The notes below the pieces were generated by a model that made no database searches, was not told the origin of the DNA, and saw only the letters and a list, made by a program, of their open reading frames with translations. This document shows, in pieces, positions 17,023 to 27,004 of a stretch of DNA of 54,595 nt. Location of the stretch: contig JBAZZC010000005.1 of NCBI GenBank assembly GCA_041658985.1, positions 1 to 54,595 of the forward strand. Reading direction: 5' to 3'. The translations under genes were made by a program, and so were the position numbers. Positions within the stretch are counted from its first letter, which is position 1; every line of letters starts with the position of its first letter. The DNA is from Minisyncoccota bacterium (GTDB lineage Bacteria > Patescibacteriota > Minisyncoccia > Phycocordibacterales > DATDWN01).

Positions 17023-20000
17023 TTATATTAAATATGATAACATTTTTTTAAACAAACCCACAAACCAGAAAAATAAATTCTTTACCATATTCCAAAACTT
17101 TGATAAATATCCCCCATCTGTGGATATAACTTGAGCTGTTTGATTTGTTAGCACCTCTTCTTTAGATTCAGGAGAAGGAATATTTTCCGGTTGAACTTCA
17201 AAAACTTCCGTTGTTGTAGAGGTAACTTTTTCTTCCTCAAAATTTTGTTCAATAAATGAGACGGTTGGTGAAGTGGTGGATGTTGCTGTGGGAGTTACGT
17301 CTGTGGTTGAAACCATTGGTTCTGCTGTTTGTATTGGCTGGGCTGGTTGGATAAAAACGCTCACACCCATAAGTGGCATAAGGCCCTGTACAATCGGACC
17401 ATTACCCCCAGATGGTATTGGAGCCGAGACTGGTGCTGGAGGAGTGTATGTAACAACCCCATCTATTACAGGTTTTAAAATAATATCTATTGAACCATTA
17501 CCATCTGTATCAATATTTAAATCAGAAAGTGTGTTTATGTCCCCAGGCGCCGTCATAGAAACCCTTGTCGATGATGTTGTTGGTATATCTTTAAATGTTA
17601 CAGTTGATATGGTGTTGTTCCCCTGTTTTTGAGAAACACTAAATGTAAATGTCCCGGCGCCATATCCCGCCATACTTATGTTTATTTGTTCATTCGTGTT
17701 TGTAAAAATATATTTTACATCCCCATATTGAATGAAATATGTGCCTGGAATTTGTTCTTCTAATCTATCAGTTGTTGTGGAAATTCCTGTGTGATTACCA
17801 AGATTATCATAAATATTTAGAGTAAGTGGAGAATGTAGAGCATAAATAAGGCGGGTATCGTTTGCTCCAGCTGTTGGGGTAGAGGTTGAAATATATGGGG
17901 GAAGAGAGTTTGTGGATGTAGCGAGAATTATGTTGTCGATTAGGGTTTGGAGTTCATTTGCTTCAAGTATGTTGTGGTGTTTTCGGTCTAAATGAGAATC
18001 ATTATATTTTTTTAAATTCACCCAATAATTCACACCAGTCGTATCACCAGCCCATAAAGCACTTGGTGTTACCACGGTTCCATCACCGTCAATTGTAAAG
18101 GTTGGGTCTAGTTTTATCTCACCATCTTCCTTGGAATATTCCACCCCGCTTATTGTGGTCGGCACTCCCCAACCAGCAATTTCTATCACTTCTATACCAG
18201 ACGGAGGAACCCAACTATCTAACAATGTGTGTTCTGACTCTGCCGAAACCAACAGAGTTTCCCGCAAAGATATCGGAGTATTCGTATCAACACTACTACT
18301 TTCTACCCGACCGTACGAATCAACCAAAAAGTTATGTAAGCGTTCTTTGGAATGAATTACGTCACCATACTTTGAACTCCAATCAGACATCGTCTCATCA
18401 AACTTAACCACTGGATCATCAACATATGTAAAATAATCGTAACTTGGTAGTAAATTATATGCACTAGGTAAGTTCGACCCAAACGCTCTTGCTACTTTTT
18501 CGGAAAGCATTGTATAAACTTTTGCCGAGAAACCCTGCTCAAATCCATGGAGCAAAGCCGGAATAGCCATTGGTGTCCCCAGATGTGGCACAGCCACAAA
18601 AATCACCTTGTCTATTTTTTGCAAAAGCGGATCATTTGTATCAGCCAACTTTTGCAAAAGTGCTTTGGTCAAAAGCCCACCGTTTGAATGTGCAATAATA
18701 GTTACCTTGCCTGTATCAGAGATTTCTGCTAAACGAGTGATTTCCTTCAAAATATACGGGCTACTTGTTGCTTTTATATATGAAATATTATCTCCTGTTT
18801 TTATTCCGCTACTTAAAATATCATCCAGAGACAATCGCCAGTCATACGGCACCACAGAATAATCGGAAATAGTACCATCTGTTGATTTCATTTCTTCCAA
18901 CTTTGCCAAAAAAGATTTATAAACATCAAAAACATCGTACCCCTCATCTATAACATCTCTGGTATAAATACTGTCATCCACACTTGAGCCGTCCGGATTA
19001 AGATATAGGGCCTCCACATCGCTGTCGGCATTCGGCTCCCACAACTGGTCCTCGCAGTTTATTGAGCAATTAATCACACTAGTTTTATATAATCGACTAG
19101 CTTTTATTCCGGGCAAAAATAAAATGCTGGAATATGTCGGTGGCGGTGGTTCTGATTTTGTTACGCCTCGTAAATAGAAATATAAATCTGAAATAGTGAC
19201 ACATGGAGAATAAATACTAAGTGTTGAGTTGTATTGATAACAAGAACCATCAGTCGTGTCAGCCAAATTTCCATAATAAAAGGGTAGTGTGTTAGACTGA
19301 TCACTTCCTTGGGTCTTAAAGAAATAATATTTTGATGGATTGAGAGTGACATCACCCGTATAAAAACTCTGGGTACTTGTGGAAAGTTGACTAGCATACT
19401 CAGAAGTTCCAGAAAACAAAATTGTACATCCAACCCCACTTAAAGCCGTACTGCCATAGACACTATTATTACACTCATATAAAACCATCGACGGTTGTGA
19501 CTGATAATAAATATAGGAAGGATTGCTTGTCTGAACATCAATTTGGGTTAAAGTTCCCGATAAATTCGTTCCCAATGTCTGAACAAAATGATTATAGGAA
19601 CTGCCAACCCTCTCTAGAGCATCTTTGGTAAAGTTAGAAAATGCTGGGTAGCCATCAACTGGAGACGACAATGACTCTGTCTTGCTAGACTGCTCTATTA
19701 TTTCTAAATTTTTTACTATGTCAGTATAAAATATGTAATTATTTATTTTTGTCGTTTTTGAATCTACAATTTCTGGATAATTCCATGTGTAATAGAAATC
19801 TCCAGTTGTTGTAGCATAAACTGTCTCTACACTATAAATGTGAGCACTGGTTGTTGTCCCAATATTAAAATTCACCCCAACGCCAATATCGTTTGGTGAA
19901 ATATGGCTGTGAACAGTTGCTGTCCGTGTACTAGTTGCCACATCAAATGATAAAATCTCCGATGGTGCAATAAAGACCAGTCGTTTTGGCGTAAAAGACA

Positions 20001-20529
20001 TAGAAGATGCCGTTAGTGGATTTTGTTTTGGATACTGATTAGCAAGAGCAATAAAAGTATTCTCGTCCATACCAGATATTGATACCGTATCATCTGAGAC
20101 AGGTGTGTGGTCAGCACTTTTTGTTACAATTTCGCGATAACCATTAGCTGAAAATTGAATATCAACAAAATAAAAATTTGTTGGCAAATTAAGGGAATCA
20201 TTTACCTTCCGGACTAAACCTTGATACAAAGAAGTCGTATTATTAAATACACTTGGATCATTGGAACGCACATAAAGGAGAGGAGGATAACTAGAAGAAA
20301 AACCATTGCCGTGAGATGTTGTGTAGGAAATATGCAGATAACCCCCCACATAATCTGCAATATAATTTTCCAAACCTTTATAGCCACCAACTTCCAAACT
20401 ATCACCAAACAATACCTGTGTTTTATAATCAACAATATAAAGCGGAATGGTAATTTCCGCTAGAGTTTTATTCTCATGTAAAAACAAAAAACTAATTACG
20501 AGAAGTGAGAACAAAAAACCTCTTTTCAT
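17023..20529 (-). CDS. Large secreted, C-terminally anchored protein with an alpha/beta-hydrolase (lipase / PGAP1 / LCAT-like) domain
   Basis: The signal peptide is MKRGFLFSLLVISFLFLHENKTLA. The nucleophile elbow GxSxG occurs in VTIIAHSNGGLLTKALL. Near the C-terminus is a Thr/Pro-rich linker, followed by a hydrophobic tail FWNMVKNLFFWFVGLF. Confidence 0.65.
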   Translation of the reverse strand: MKRGFLFSLLVISFLFLHENKTLAEITIPLYIVDYKTQVLFGDSLEVGGYKGLENYIADYVGGYLHISYTTSHGNGFSSSYPPLLYVRSNDPSVFNNTTSLYQGLVRKVNDSLNLPTNFYFVDIQFSANGYREIVTKSADHTPVSDDTVSISGMDENTFIALANQYPKQNPLTASSMSFTPKRLVFIAPSEILSFDVATSTRTATVHSHISPNDIGVGVNFNIGTTTSAHIYSVETVYATTTGDFYYTWNYPEIVDSKTTKINNYIFYTDIVKNLEIIEQSSKTESLSSPVDGYPAFSNFTKDALERVGSSYNHFVQTLGTNLSGTLTQIDVQTSNPSYIYYQSQPSMVLYECNNSVYGSTALSGVGCTILFSGTSEYASQLSTSTQSFYTGDVTLNPSKYYFFKTQGSDQSNTLPFYYGNLADTTDGSCYQYNSTLSIYSPCVTISDLYFYLRGVTKSEPPPPTYSSILFLPGIKASRLYKTSVINCSINCEDQLWEPNADSDVEALYLNPDGSSVDDSIYTRDVIDEGYDVFDVYKSFLAKLEEMKSTDGTISDYSVVPYDWRLSLDDILSSGIKTGDNISYIKATSSPYILKEITRLAEISDTGKVTIIAHSNGGLLTKALLQKLADTNDPLLQKIDKVIFVAVPHLGTPMAIPALLHGFEQGFSAKVYTMLSEKVARAFGSNLPSAYNLLPSYDYFTYVDDPVVKFDETMSDWSSKYGDVIHSKERLHNFLVDSYGRVESSSVDTNTPISLRETLLVSAESEHTLLDSWVPPSGIEVIEIAGWGVPTTISGVEYSKEDGEIKLDPTFTIDGDGTVVTPSALWAGDTTGVNYWVNLKKYNDSHLDRKHHNILEANELQTLIDNIILATSTNSLPPYISTSTPTAGANDTRLIYALHSPLTLNIYDNLGNHTGISTTTDRLEEQIPGTYFIQYGDVKYIFTNTNEQINISMAGYGAGTFTFSVSQKQGNNTISTVTFKDIPTTSSTRVSMTAPGDINTLSDLNIDTDGNGSIDIILKPVIDGVVTYTPPAPVSAPIPSGGNGPIVQGLMPLMGVSVFIQPAQPIQTAEPMVSTTDVTPTATSTTSPTVSFIEQNFEEEKVTSTTTEVFEVQPENIPSPESKEEVLTNQTAQVISTDGGYLSKFWNMVKNLFFWFVGLFKKMLSYLI

Positions 20530-20697
20530 CCCATTAGAAATGGGGTTATATACCTACTATAACTCCAATATAAATTAATAGATTAATAAAATTTACAAAT
20601 AATGTTTTAATTTTATCAAACGAATTATTCGTTGGATATATAAATCCAAGAAATAAGTGGATAACTTTTTATAAGTAGACAAAAAGGGTTTCTGATA

Positions 20698-20737
20698 AAT
20701 TAGACAAAAATGTGCGACCGCACTTCTTTGTCTAATT
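20698..20737 (-). terminator. Palindromic terminator, copy 3 of the GTGCGACCGCAC hairpin family
   Basis: aattagacaaaaatgtgcgaccgcacttctttgtctaatt, downstream of the 20777-22993 gene. Confidence 0.65.
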
Positions 20738-20776
20738 ATTGACTACAGATTTAGAACTGACTATCAATTTAAAATA

Positions 20777-22993
20777 TTACCCTTGGATTTGTTTAATGTA
20801 AGCCTCGCCTTGGTTTTTAAAGCTTGAATCTTGGATTATCATTTCCTGAATTACGTTTATAGCTTTCTGTTTTTGTCCCAATCTATAGTAAACCTCAGCC
20901 AAGGTAAATTTGTCTTGTAAGTTTGTCGGGTTCTTTTCCAAACGTGCATTGAGTATAACTAAAGCCCCATTATAATCCCCTACGTCAAAATAAGCTTTCA
21001 AAAATCTAGTGTCAGAAATAATTGTATCCTTAGATAAAATAATCAACATTTCTTTTAAGACTTCTTTATCTTTTGCATATATGGCACCAATAGCATAAAT
21101 AATCTGTGCATCTGGAGCTGTGAGTTTTAGTTCATATGCCTGTTTAAATAATTCAAGCATCTTTTGTGTGTTTCCTTTACCAAGATAAGATGTGCCAAGT
21201 TCAATATAAATTGATTGTTTCTTTGGTGATTCTATTATAGCTCTGTCTAAATATTTTATAGCCTCATCATATTGACCGAATCGATTAAAAAAACTGCCAG
21301 CAAAAACTAAATACCTTGCATCAGTTGGACTTAAAGCAACTTTTTCCTCAATTTTTAATTTTGTAAAATCATAGAATTCTTTTTTCACAGTATCTGGTAT
21401 TTGTATCTGGGAAGAATTTAATCTTGAAGTTGCCTGAAATAATTGTTCTATCGCCTCACCAGAACCAAATGAATTATAAGCAAAAACCTGTTTAAATAGT
21501 GTTAGGTTTTTTTCTAAATCATTTCCCTGTGAACTTATGGCCCTTATAAGCGTTGTGTTTGCCTTTATTGCTGGAACATTCACAAAATAAATCACTCCTG
21601 CCGTCAGAATAATCACCACAGGAAAGACAACATAATTTATTGCGTCAGCAGAAAATGTCTTGGTGTAAAAACTTCCCACCTTCGTCATGTTGTGCAGGAA
21701 CTGTCCTTGGGCAATTTCTTCTTGTTTGGTTTGACTGATTGTGTGAATATAAGCCAAGATAGAGAAGAAAATAATATAACTAATAAGATTGTCAAAAACA
21801 AAAATATTGTGAAAAATGTAGGCAGAAATCATGCCTGTAATAATGCTTTTTTGTGAAATTTTCAGAATACTTTCTTTCCGCCAGATATAATAGAACAAAG
21901 CAAGATACATAGAAGCATAGGCCAAAAAACCAAGGAGGCCTCCGGCAATTAGCCAATCCAAAAATAAGTCATGGGTACGGTCAAACCATTCTTCTTGACC
22001 AAACAATCCTGGATTATAATATTTATTAAATACAAAGTTAAAATTCTCTTGTCCCCAACCAAGTAAGGGTCTTTCCATAACACCCTTCACTGCCATTGGC
22101 CAGACAAAGTATCGTCCTTGGGTTTGGAATTCAGTTACACTTAAAGTTGAAAACCTGGAAAGCACAGGATTGTTTTTAACAAAAGATGTGCCACGAAGAA
22201 GAAAGAAACCAAAAATCATCACGACCACACAACCAAGAATCCAATAGGCAATTTTGCGTAAACTTTTGTTTTCTTTTTCTTTCCATACAATAAACACTCC
22301 AACCAAAAGCAACCCGCCCACAAAACCCAATATAGCTCCACGAGTAGCGGTAAAATAAAGTAATATTATTTCTAATATTATAATCAGACTATAAACCCAT
22401 TTCTGCCAGTTTTTTCTTCCAATATCAAATAGTAGGTACAAACAAAGAAAAATGTGAAAAACCAGATAGATAGCAAGATATGTTGAGTTGCCAAATGTCC
22501 CATCTACGCGCACACCACCCTGACTAATGGTAATTTTTCCAGCAAGCTGAAATAACCCATAGAAAGACATTAAAACACTGGCAAAAATAGAAGTATTAAA
22601 AAGTTTATTCCACCGTCCAACTGTTTTAAAAACAGAAGATGCAACAATATAATACATGGTCAAATGAAGCACGAGCATAAAACCCTCCATCCGTTCATAG
22701 TTACTCCAAATGCTTTTATATACATTTTGGCCAAGTAGATCGGCTATCAAAATTACTAGAGTAAATAATAAAACCGATTTTGTAATCCAAGAAAATCTCG
22801 GCCTATACTCCCTGTCAACAAAAGCAAGAATAACAAACAAACCAAACAAAATCTCAACTAAAATTCTAAAAGTAAATCCTTTTCCAACCACAAATGGAAA
22901 AAACATTCCAGCCGGAACAATAAAGGCTATAAATGGAGTAATAAATAAACCACCTAAAATAAGATATTTGATAATATTTTTGGTGTTTTGCAT
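20777..22993 (-). CDS. O-antigen ligase/polymerase-family (Wzy_C-like) membrane protein with C-terminal TPR repeats
   Basis: About 12 TM segments including YFTATRGAILGFVGGLLLVG. The C-terminal 250 aa or so carry TPR-like repeats (YDEAIKYLDRAI, GNTQKMLELFKQAYEL, GQKQKAINVIQEMI). Confidence 0.65.
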   Translation of the reverse strand: MQNTKNIIKYLILGGLFITPFIAFIVPAGMFFPFVVGKGFTFRILVEILFGLFVILAFVDREYRPRFSWITKSVLLFTLVILIADLLGQNVYKSIWSNYERMEGFMLVLHLTMYYIVASSVFKTVGRWNKLFNTSIFASVLMSFYGLFQLAGKITISQGGVRVDGTFGNSTYLAIYLVFHIFLCLYLLFDIGRKNWQKWVYSLIIILEIILLYFTATRGAILGFVGGLLLVGVFIVWKEKENKSLRKIAYWILGCVVVMIFGFFLLRGTSFVKNNPVLSRFSTLSVTEFQTQGRYFVWPMAVKGVMERPLLGWGQENFNFVFNKYYNPGLFGQEEWFDRTHDLFLDWLIAGGLLGFLAYASMYLALFYYIWRKESILKISQKSIITGMISAYIFHNIFVFDNLISYIIFFSILAYIHTISQTKQEEIAQGQFLHNMTKVGSFYTKTFSADAINYVVFPVVIILTAGVIYFVNVPAIKANTTLIRAISSQGNDLEKNLTLFKQVFAYNSFGSGEAIEQLFQATSRLNSSQIQIPDTVKKEFYDFTKLKIEEKVALSPTDARYLVFAGSFFNRFGQYDEAIKYLDRAIIESPKKQSIYIELGTSYLGKGNTQKMLELFKQAYELKLTAPDAQIIYAIGAIYAKDKEVLKEMLIILSKDTIISDTRFLKAYFDVGDYNGALVILNARLEKNPTNLQDKFTLAEVYYRLGQKQKAINVIQEMIIQDSSFKNQGEAYIKQIQG

Positions 22994-23025
22994 TTGGCTA
23001 TTATATCAGATAGTAAATAACCCTG

Positions 23026-24255
23026 CTACACTATCTTTATTTTTGGCACTGGAATAATAAATTTAACCCCACTATCTCTAAGATTTTTCTCTTTTTTTAA
23101 AATAGCATCGGCATAATTCCACGCTAGTAACAAAATATAATCTGGCTTTGATTCAAGAAGTTTCTCTGGAGGATGGATTGGAAGATGAACACCAGGCATG
23201 AAAAGTCCTTGCTTGATAGATGTTGTATCAATAACATAATCTATGGTTTCCCTACCAATACCGTAAAAATTAAGTAATGTGCCACCTTTGGCGGGTGCTC
23301 CGTATCCTACAATCTTTTTATTTTCAGATTTAAGTTTTGCGAGAAGCTCTAGGGTTTTTCTTTTATTATCTAAAACTTTTTTTGAAAATCTTGAAAAAAC
23401 CTTAAAATTATTCAATCCCAATAATTTTTCTCTTTTCATGAATTTTACAAAAGATGCTTTTGGTTTTTGATTTTTTGAAACATATACTCTCAAAGACTCC
23501 CCCTGTATTGGCACCGTCTCCACATCAAAAATCTTAAACCCTACAGAATCAACTAAATATTTCAGGGCATGTAATGAATAAAAACTAAGATGCTCATGAT
23601 AAACCTGGTCAAAACCACCCTCACCTATTAAATTTCTAGCCCAGTGAGTTTCAAAAATAAACACACCACCATTTGCTAGCAACTCCTTGACTCCCTCAAA
23701 TAATTCCCTAACAGTATCTGTGTGGGCTGTAACATTATTAGCTGTTATTACATTTGCATATCCATTCTTTTTAATAATCTCCTTTACCAGTTTTTTTGAA
23801 AAAAACTTGTTTATTGTGTAAATACCTTTTTTTTTGGATACCTCTGCAATGTTGTGTGCTGGTTCAATGTTTAATACCTTACAATCATTTTTTAGTTCAT
23901 TAAGTAATGTTCCATCATTACCACCAATATCCACAACTAAATCTTCACTAGACTTAATAAAATTTTTTAGTATTTTGGCACTGTATTTTTTAAAATGATC
24001 TACAGATGGAGAACTTGCTGATGTCATAAAATAATAATCACTAAACAAAATCTCTGGATTAACCACATCTAACACTTGGACAAGTGAACAATTTTGACAA
24101 AAATATACCGACAACGGAAATGTTTTCTCTTTTTTATTTAAATTCTTTTTATCAACTAATGAGTTGGCCAGTGGTGTCCTACCTAAATCTAAAAATTGTT
24201 TTAAATCTTTAGAATTGCAAATCCTGCAAGTCATTCTTTTGTGGTGGTCTTTCAT
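23026..24255 (-). CDS. NDP-hexose C-methyltransferase (TylCIII/NovU-like; Zn-ribbon + SAM MTase + C-methyltransferase C-domain)
   Basis: Signatures are CRICNSKDLKQFLDLGRTPLANSL, FPLSVYFCQNCSLVQVLDVVNPEILFSDYYFMTSAS and VVDIGGNDGTLL. Confidence 0.75.
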   Translation of the reverse strand: MKDHHKRMTCRICNSKDLKQFLDLGRTPLANSLVDKKNLNKKEKTFPLSVYFCQNCSLVQVLDVVNPEILFSDYYFMTSASSPSVDHFKKYSAKILKNFIKSSEDLVVDIGGNDGTLLNELKNDCKVLNIEPAHNIAEVSKKKGIYTINKFFSKKLVKEIIKKNGYANVITANNVTAHTDTVRELFEGVKELLANGGVFIFETHWARNLIGEGGFDQVYHEHLSFYSLHALKYLVDSVGFKIFDVETVPIQGESLRVYVSKNQKPKASFVKFMKREKLLGLNNFKVFSRFSKKVLDNKRKTLELLAKLKSENKKIVGYGAPAKGGTLLNFYGIGRETIDYVIDTTSIKQGLFMPGVHLPIHPPEKLLESKPDYILLLAWNYADAILKKEKNLRDSGVKFIIPVPKIKIV

Positions 24256-24267
24256 AAAAATTTATTA

Positions 24268-25122
24268 TTAATTGATATAATCTAACCACTCACTCTCTAT
24301 ATAGTCTTTCAAAGCCTCTTGCCATGGTCGCATAAGAGAGATTTTGGATGTCATGCTTTCATTATCAAGTCTCTTATGTAAATCTGTTTTATTAAAAAAA
24401 CTTTGGTCTACTTTTTCCACTTTTGTTTTACTTTTAGTAAGTTTCATTATTTCCTTAGCAACCTCAAAACGTGATGGGGTACCTTTATTTGATAAATGAA
24501 ACACTCCTTTCTTATTAGCTACTATCATTTTCCTTAATATAGCAACTAAATCTTTACCAAAAGTTGGTGAGCCATATTTTCCCGCCACAATTCTCACAAT
24601 TGGCTCTTTCGTTTGTTTTATTATTTTAGCAACAAATTTTTGGTCTTTCTTTGGCCCGCCACCAAATACCCAGCAAACTCTTCCAATTATATAATCCTTA
24701 AGAATATTTTTTACTATAACCTCTCCAAGAAATTTTGACTTAGCATAATAACTTTGAGGGTTTAACTTGTCTGTTTCTATGTATGGTTTCTTTTTTGCCC
24801 CATCAAAAACAGCTGATGTTGAGATATATATCATCTTTGCCCCAACCTCTTTAGCTGCCAAAGCCACATTATATGTACCTATAGCATTCACCATATAGGC
24901 CAACTGTGGATCCTTTTCACAGCGGTCAGTGTCTGTCTCAGAAGCCAGATGAATAATAACTTTCGGATTATGTTTTTTAATAACAGCCAATGTCTCACCG
25001 AGATCAGTAACATCAAGAGCTCTGTGGTCTAACCTGATACCAAAATCCACATAACTTCCAACCATACCACTGGCTCCAGTAGTCAACACACAAGAGAGAA
25101 TTTTGTCTCTATTTTTAACCAT
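24268..25122 (-). CDS. dTDP-4-dehydrorhamnose reductase-like SDR (RmlD family)
   Basis: Signatures are LTTGASGMVGSYV, YISTSAVFDG and YxxxK in SYYAKSKFLGE. Confidence 0.65.
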   Translation of the reverse strand: MVKNRDKILSCVLTTGASGMVGSYVDFGIRLDHRALDVTDLGETLAVIKKHNPKVIIHLASETDTDRCEKDPQLAYMVNAIGTYNVALAAKEVGAKMIYISTSAVFDGAKKKPYIETDKLNPQSYYAKSKFLGEVIVKNILKDYIIGRVCWVFGGGPKKDQKFVAKIIKQTKEPIVRIVAGKYGSPTFGKDLVAILRKMIVANKKGVFHLSNKGTPSRFEVAKEIMKLTKSKTKVEKVDQSFFNKTDLHKRLDNESMTSKISLMRPWQEALKDYIESEWLDYIN

Positions 25123-25148
25123 TGAAAACTATGTTAGCATAAATAAAA

Positions 25149-25694
25149 CTATTTGAACAAGTCTTTAAAAACAGGAAGTAGTTTGTCTTTATCTGATAAA
25201 ATTGGTTCGGATATCGGCCAATTTATCGCTAAATCTCGGTCGTTGTAAATAATTCCCTGCTCACTTTCTGGAAAATAATAATCATTAACCTTATATACAA
25301 TCTTAACTGTATCAGAAAGAGCACAAAAACCATGAGCGAAACCTTTTGGTATAAACAACATTTTATGATTATCACCAGAGAGAATTTCTGAAACCCATTT
25401 CCCAAAAGTTGGAGAGTTAGGTCGAACATCAACTGCCACATCTAATATTTCACCACTTATACAACTAACAAGTTTTACCGTCTCATGAGGTGCTTTAGAA
25501 AAATGCATACCCCGTATTACTCCCTTTTTGGAAAAAGAAAAATTATCTTGAACAAAGTTTTCTTTTATTCCCGCTTCTTCAAAATCCTTTTTGTTATATG
25601 TCTCAATAAAATATCCACGACTATCTTCAAAGACTTTCGGTTCAATTAAAATTACACCTGGTATTGTCAATGGAGTAAAATTAAATTTGTTCAT
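25149..25694 (-). CDS. rfbC: dTDP-4-dehydrorhamnose 3,5-epimerase
   Basis: Signatures are IEPKVFEDSRGYFIETY, VQDNFSFSKKGVIRGMHF, KLVSCISGEILDVAVDVR and LFIPKGFAHGF. Confidence 0.9.
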   Translation of the reverse strand: MNKFNFTPLTIPGVILIEPKVFEDSRGYFIETYNKKDFEEAGIKENFVQDNFSFSKKGVIRGMHFSKAPHETVKLVSCISGEILDVAVDVRPNSPTFGKWVSEILSGDNHKMLFIPKGFAHGFCALSDTVKIVYKVNDYYFPESEQGIIYNDRDLAINWPISEPILSDKDKLLPVFKDLFK

Positions 25695-25795
25695 CCCGTA
25701 CGAAATAAAGGCTATTTTTTCACCTTTGTTTATTATTAACTATAATTTACTAATTTCTTTCCCGTAAGACAAACAACATAAATTTCGTACGGGAT
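25693..25795 (-). mobile_element. ORF-less element of about 103 bp, CCCGTACGAA inverted-repeat family (copy M2), co-oriented with the minus-strand operon
   Basis: atcccgtacgaaat (25693-25706) pairs with atttcgtacgggat (25782-25795). Its reverse complement aligns with copy M1: aaggtgaaaaaata[g/c]cctttayttcgtacgggATG. The rfbC ATG (25694-25692) lies at the element end. Confidence 0.7.
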
Positions 25796-25878
25796 CAATA
25801 TCAATGATTATATCACACTAAATAAATTGAAATAACAACTAAGCAATACCAATTTATTATGATATTATATTACTTAAT

Positions 25879-26967
25879 ATGAGTAATGATAGCAAAAAAC
25901 ACTTACCAAACGTCACTTTAATTACTTTTGATTGTGTAAAACTAAAACAAACAAAAATAGCTGCTGATATATGCCAAAAAGAATTTTCTTTCGGTGCAGT
26001 TAAAATTCTCTCTTCAATTCCAGACAGTGACCCACGAGTAATCCCTGTCCCAGAATTATTAAACGATTGGCAAAAGTATTCCGAATTTTATATTAGAGAA
26101 TTTGCTAAACATGTTGAAACCGAATTTGCTCTTTGTTTTCATCCAGATGGCTTTATATTAAACCCCTCTGCTTGGACAGATGAATTCTTAAAATATGATT
26201 ATATCGGAGCACCTTGGTACCATTTTGGAAAAGCTATGGTTGGTGGTGGGGGCTTCAGTCTTCGTAGCAAAAGACTTTTAGATTATATTTCAAATAATTA
26301 CAAAAAGATTGGTGGAGAATTTCATCCAGAAGATTATTGGGTTTGTAGGGTAGCTAGACCGTTCTTAGAGAAAGAAGGAATGAAATTTGCTCCAGAAGAA
26401 CTTGCTTTACGCTGGAGTAAAGAAGGTGGTTTGCGTGGTGTATTTTGGGATGGAGAATTCGGTTGGCATGGGCAAAATTATACAGATATTTCTAAGTGGC
26501 TTAATAACAATCCAGAATACAAGGACATTTTTCCACAAAAATTTGATGATTTCACAACATTCATGCTTAAATACCCAGTTTATGATGGAACTGTTCATGT
26601 CCTTCAATGTAAACCAATACAAGTAGAACATTATAAAATACTCTCGATGGGAGAAAAAAATTATGATTGCCGAATCGATAATGACCTTTTAGGATTACCT
26701 GAAATAAAACCAGGTCATAAAATAGTTTATAAACTTTTTAGAATTTCTTTAGAAAAAGTTGGGGTTCCAACATTTGAACGAACTGTAAAAAATGTTGAAA
26801 AGTTTTCATCAAAAAAAGAACTTCTACACGCATATCCAAAAATCAAAATTGCCCCCACGTTTCATTTACCAAAATGGAAACAACGTCTAATTGCTATTTT
26901 TGGTAATATTATCTTTCCAAATGATAAACCATATACCCTGATTTGGTTTGAAGCTAAAAATAACTGA
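25879..26967 (+). CDS. DUF5672-like putative glycosyltransferase with an extra C-terminal domain
   Basis: The N-terminal half shows the pattern VTLITFDC...FGAVKILSS...YSEFYIREFAKHVETEFALCFHPDGFILNPSAWTDEFLKYDYIGAPW. Confidence 0.45.
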   Translation: MSNDSKKHLPNVTLITFDCVKLKQTKIAADICQKEFSFGAVKILSSIPDSDPRVIPVPELLNDWQKYSEFYIREFAKHVETEFALCFHPDGFILNPSAWTDEFLKYDYIGAPWYHFGKAMVGGGGFSLRSKRLLDYISNNYKKIGGEFHPEDYWVCRVARPFLEKEGMKFAPEELALRWSKEGGLRGVFWDGEFGWHGQNYTDISKWLNNNPEYKDIFPQKFDDFTTFMLKYPVYDGTVHVLQCKPIQVEHYKILSMGEKNYDCRIDNDLLGLPEIKPGHKIVYKLFRISLEKVGVPTFERTVKNVEKFSSKKELLHAYPKIKIAPTFHLPKWKQRLIAIFGNIIFPNDKPYTLIWFEAKNN

Positions 26968-27004
26968 TTTGACACCTTTTGACACCCTGTTATAATAGGT
27001 GCGT

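Noticed and set aside
15875-20737. CRISPR array formed by the recurring GTGCGACCGCA palindromes, or by the CCCGTACG repeats.
   Set aside because: The copies are hundreds to thousands of bp apart, separated by genes, and not regularly spaced. No cas genes are present.
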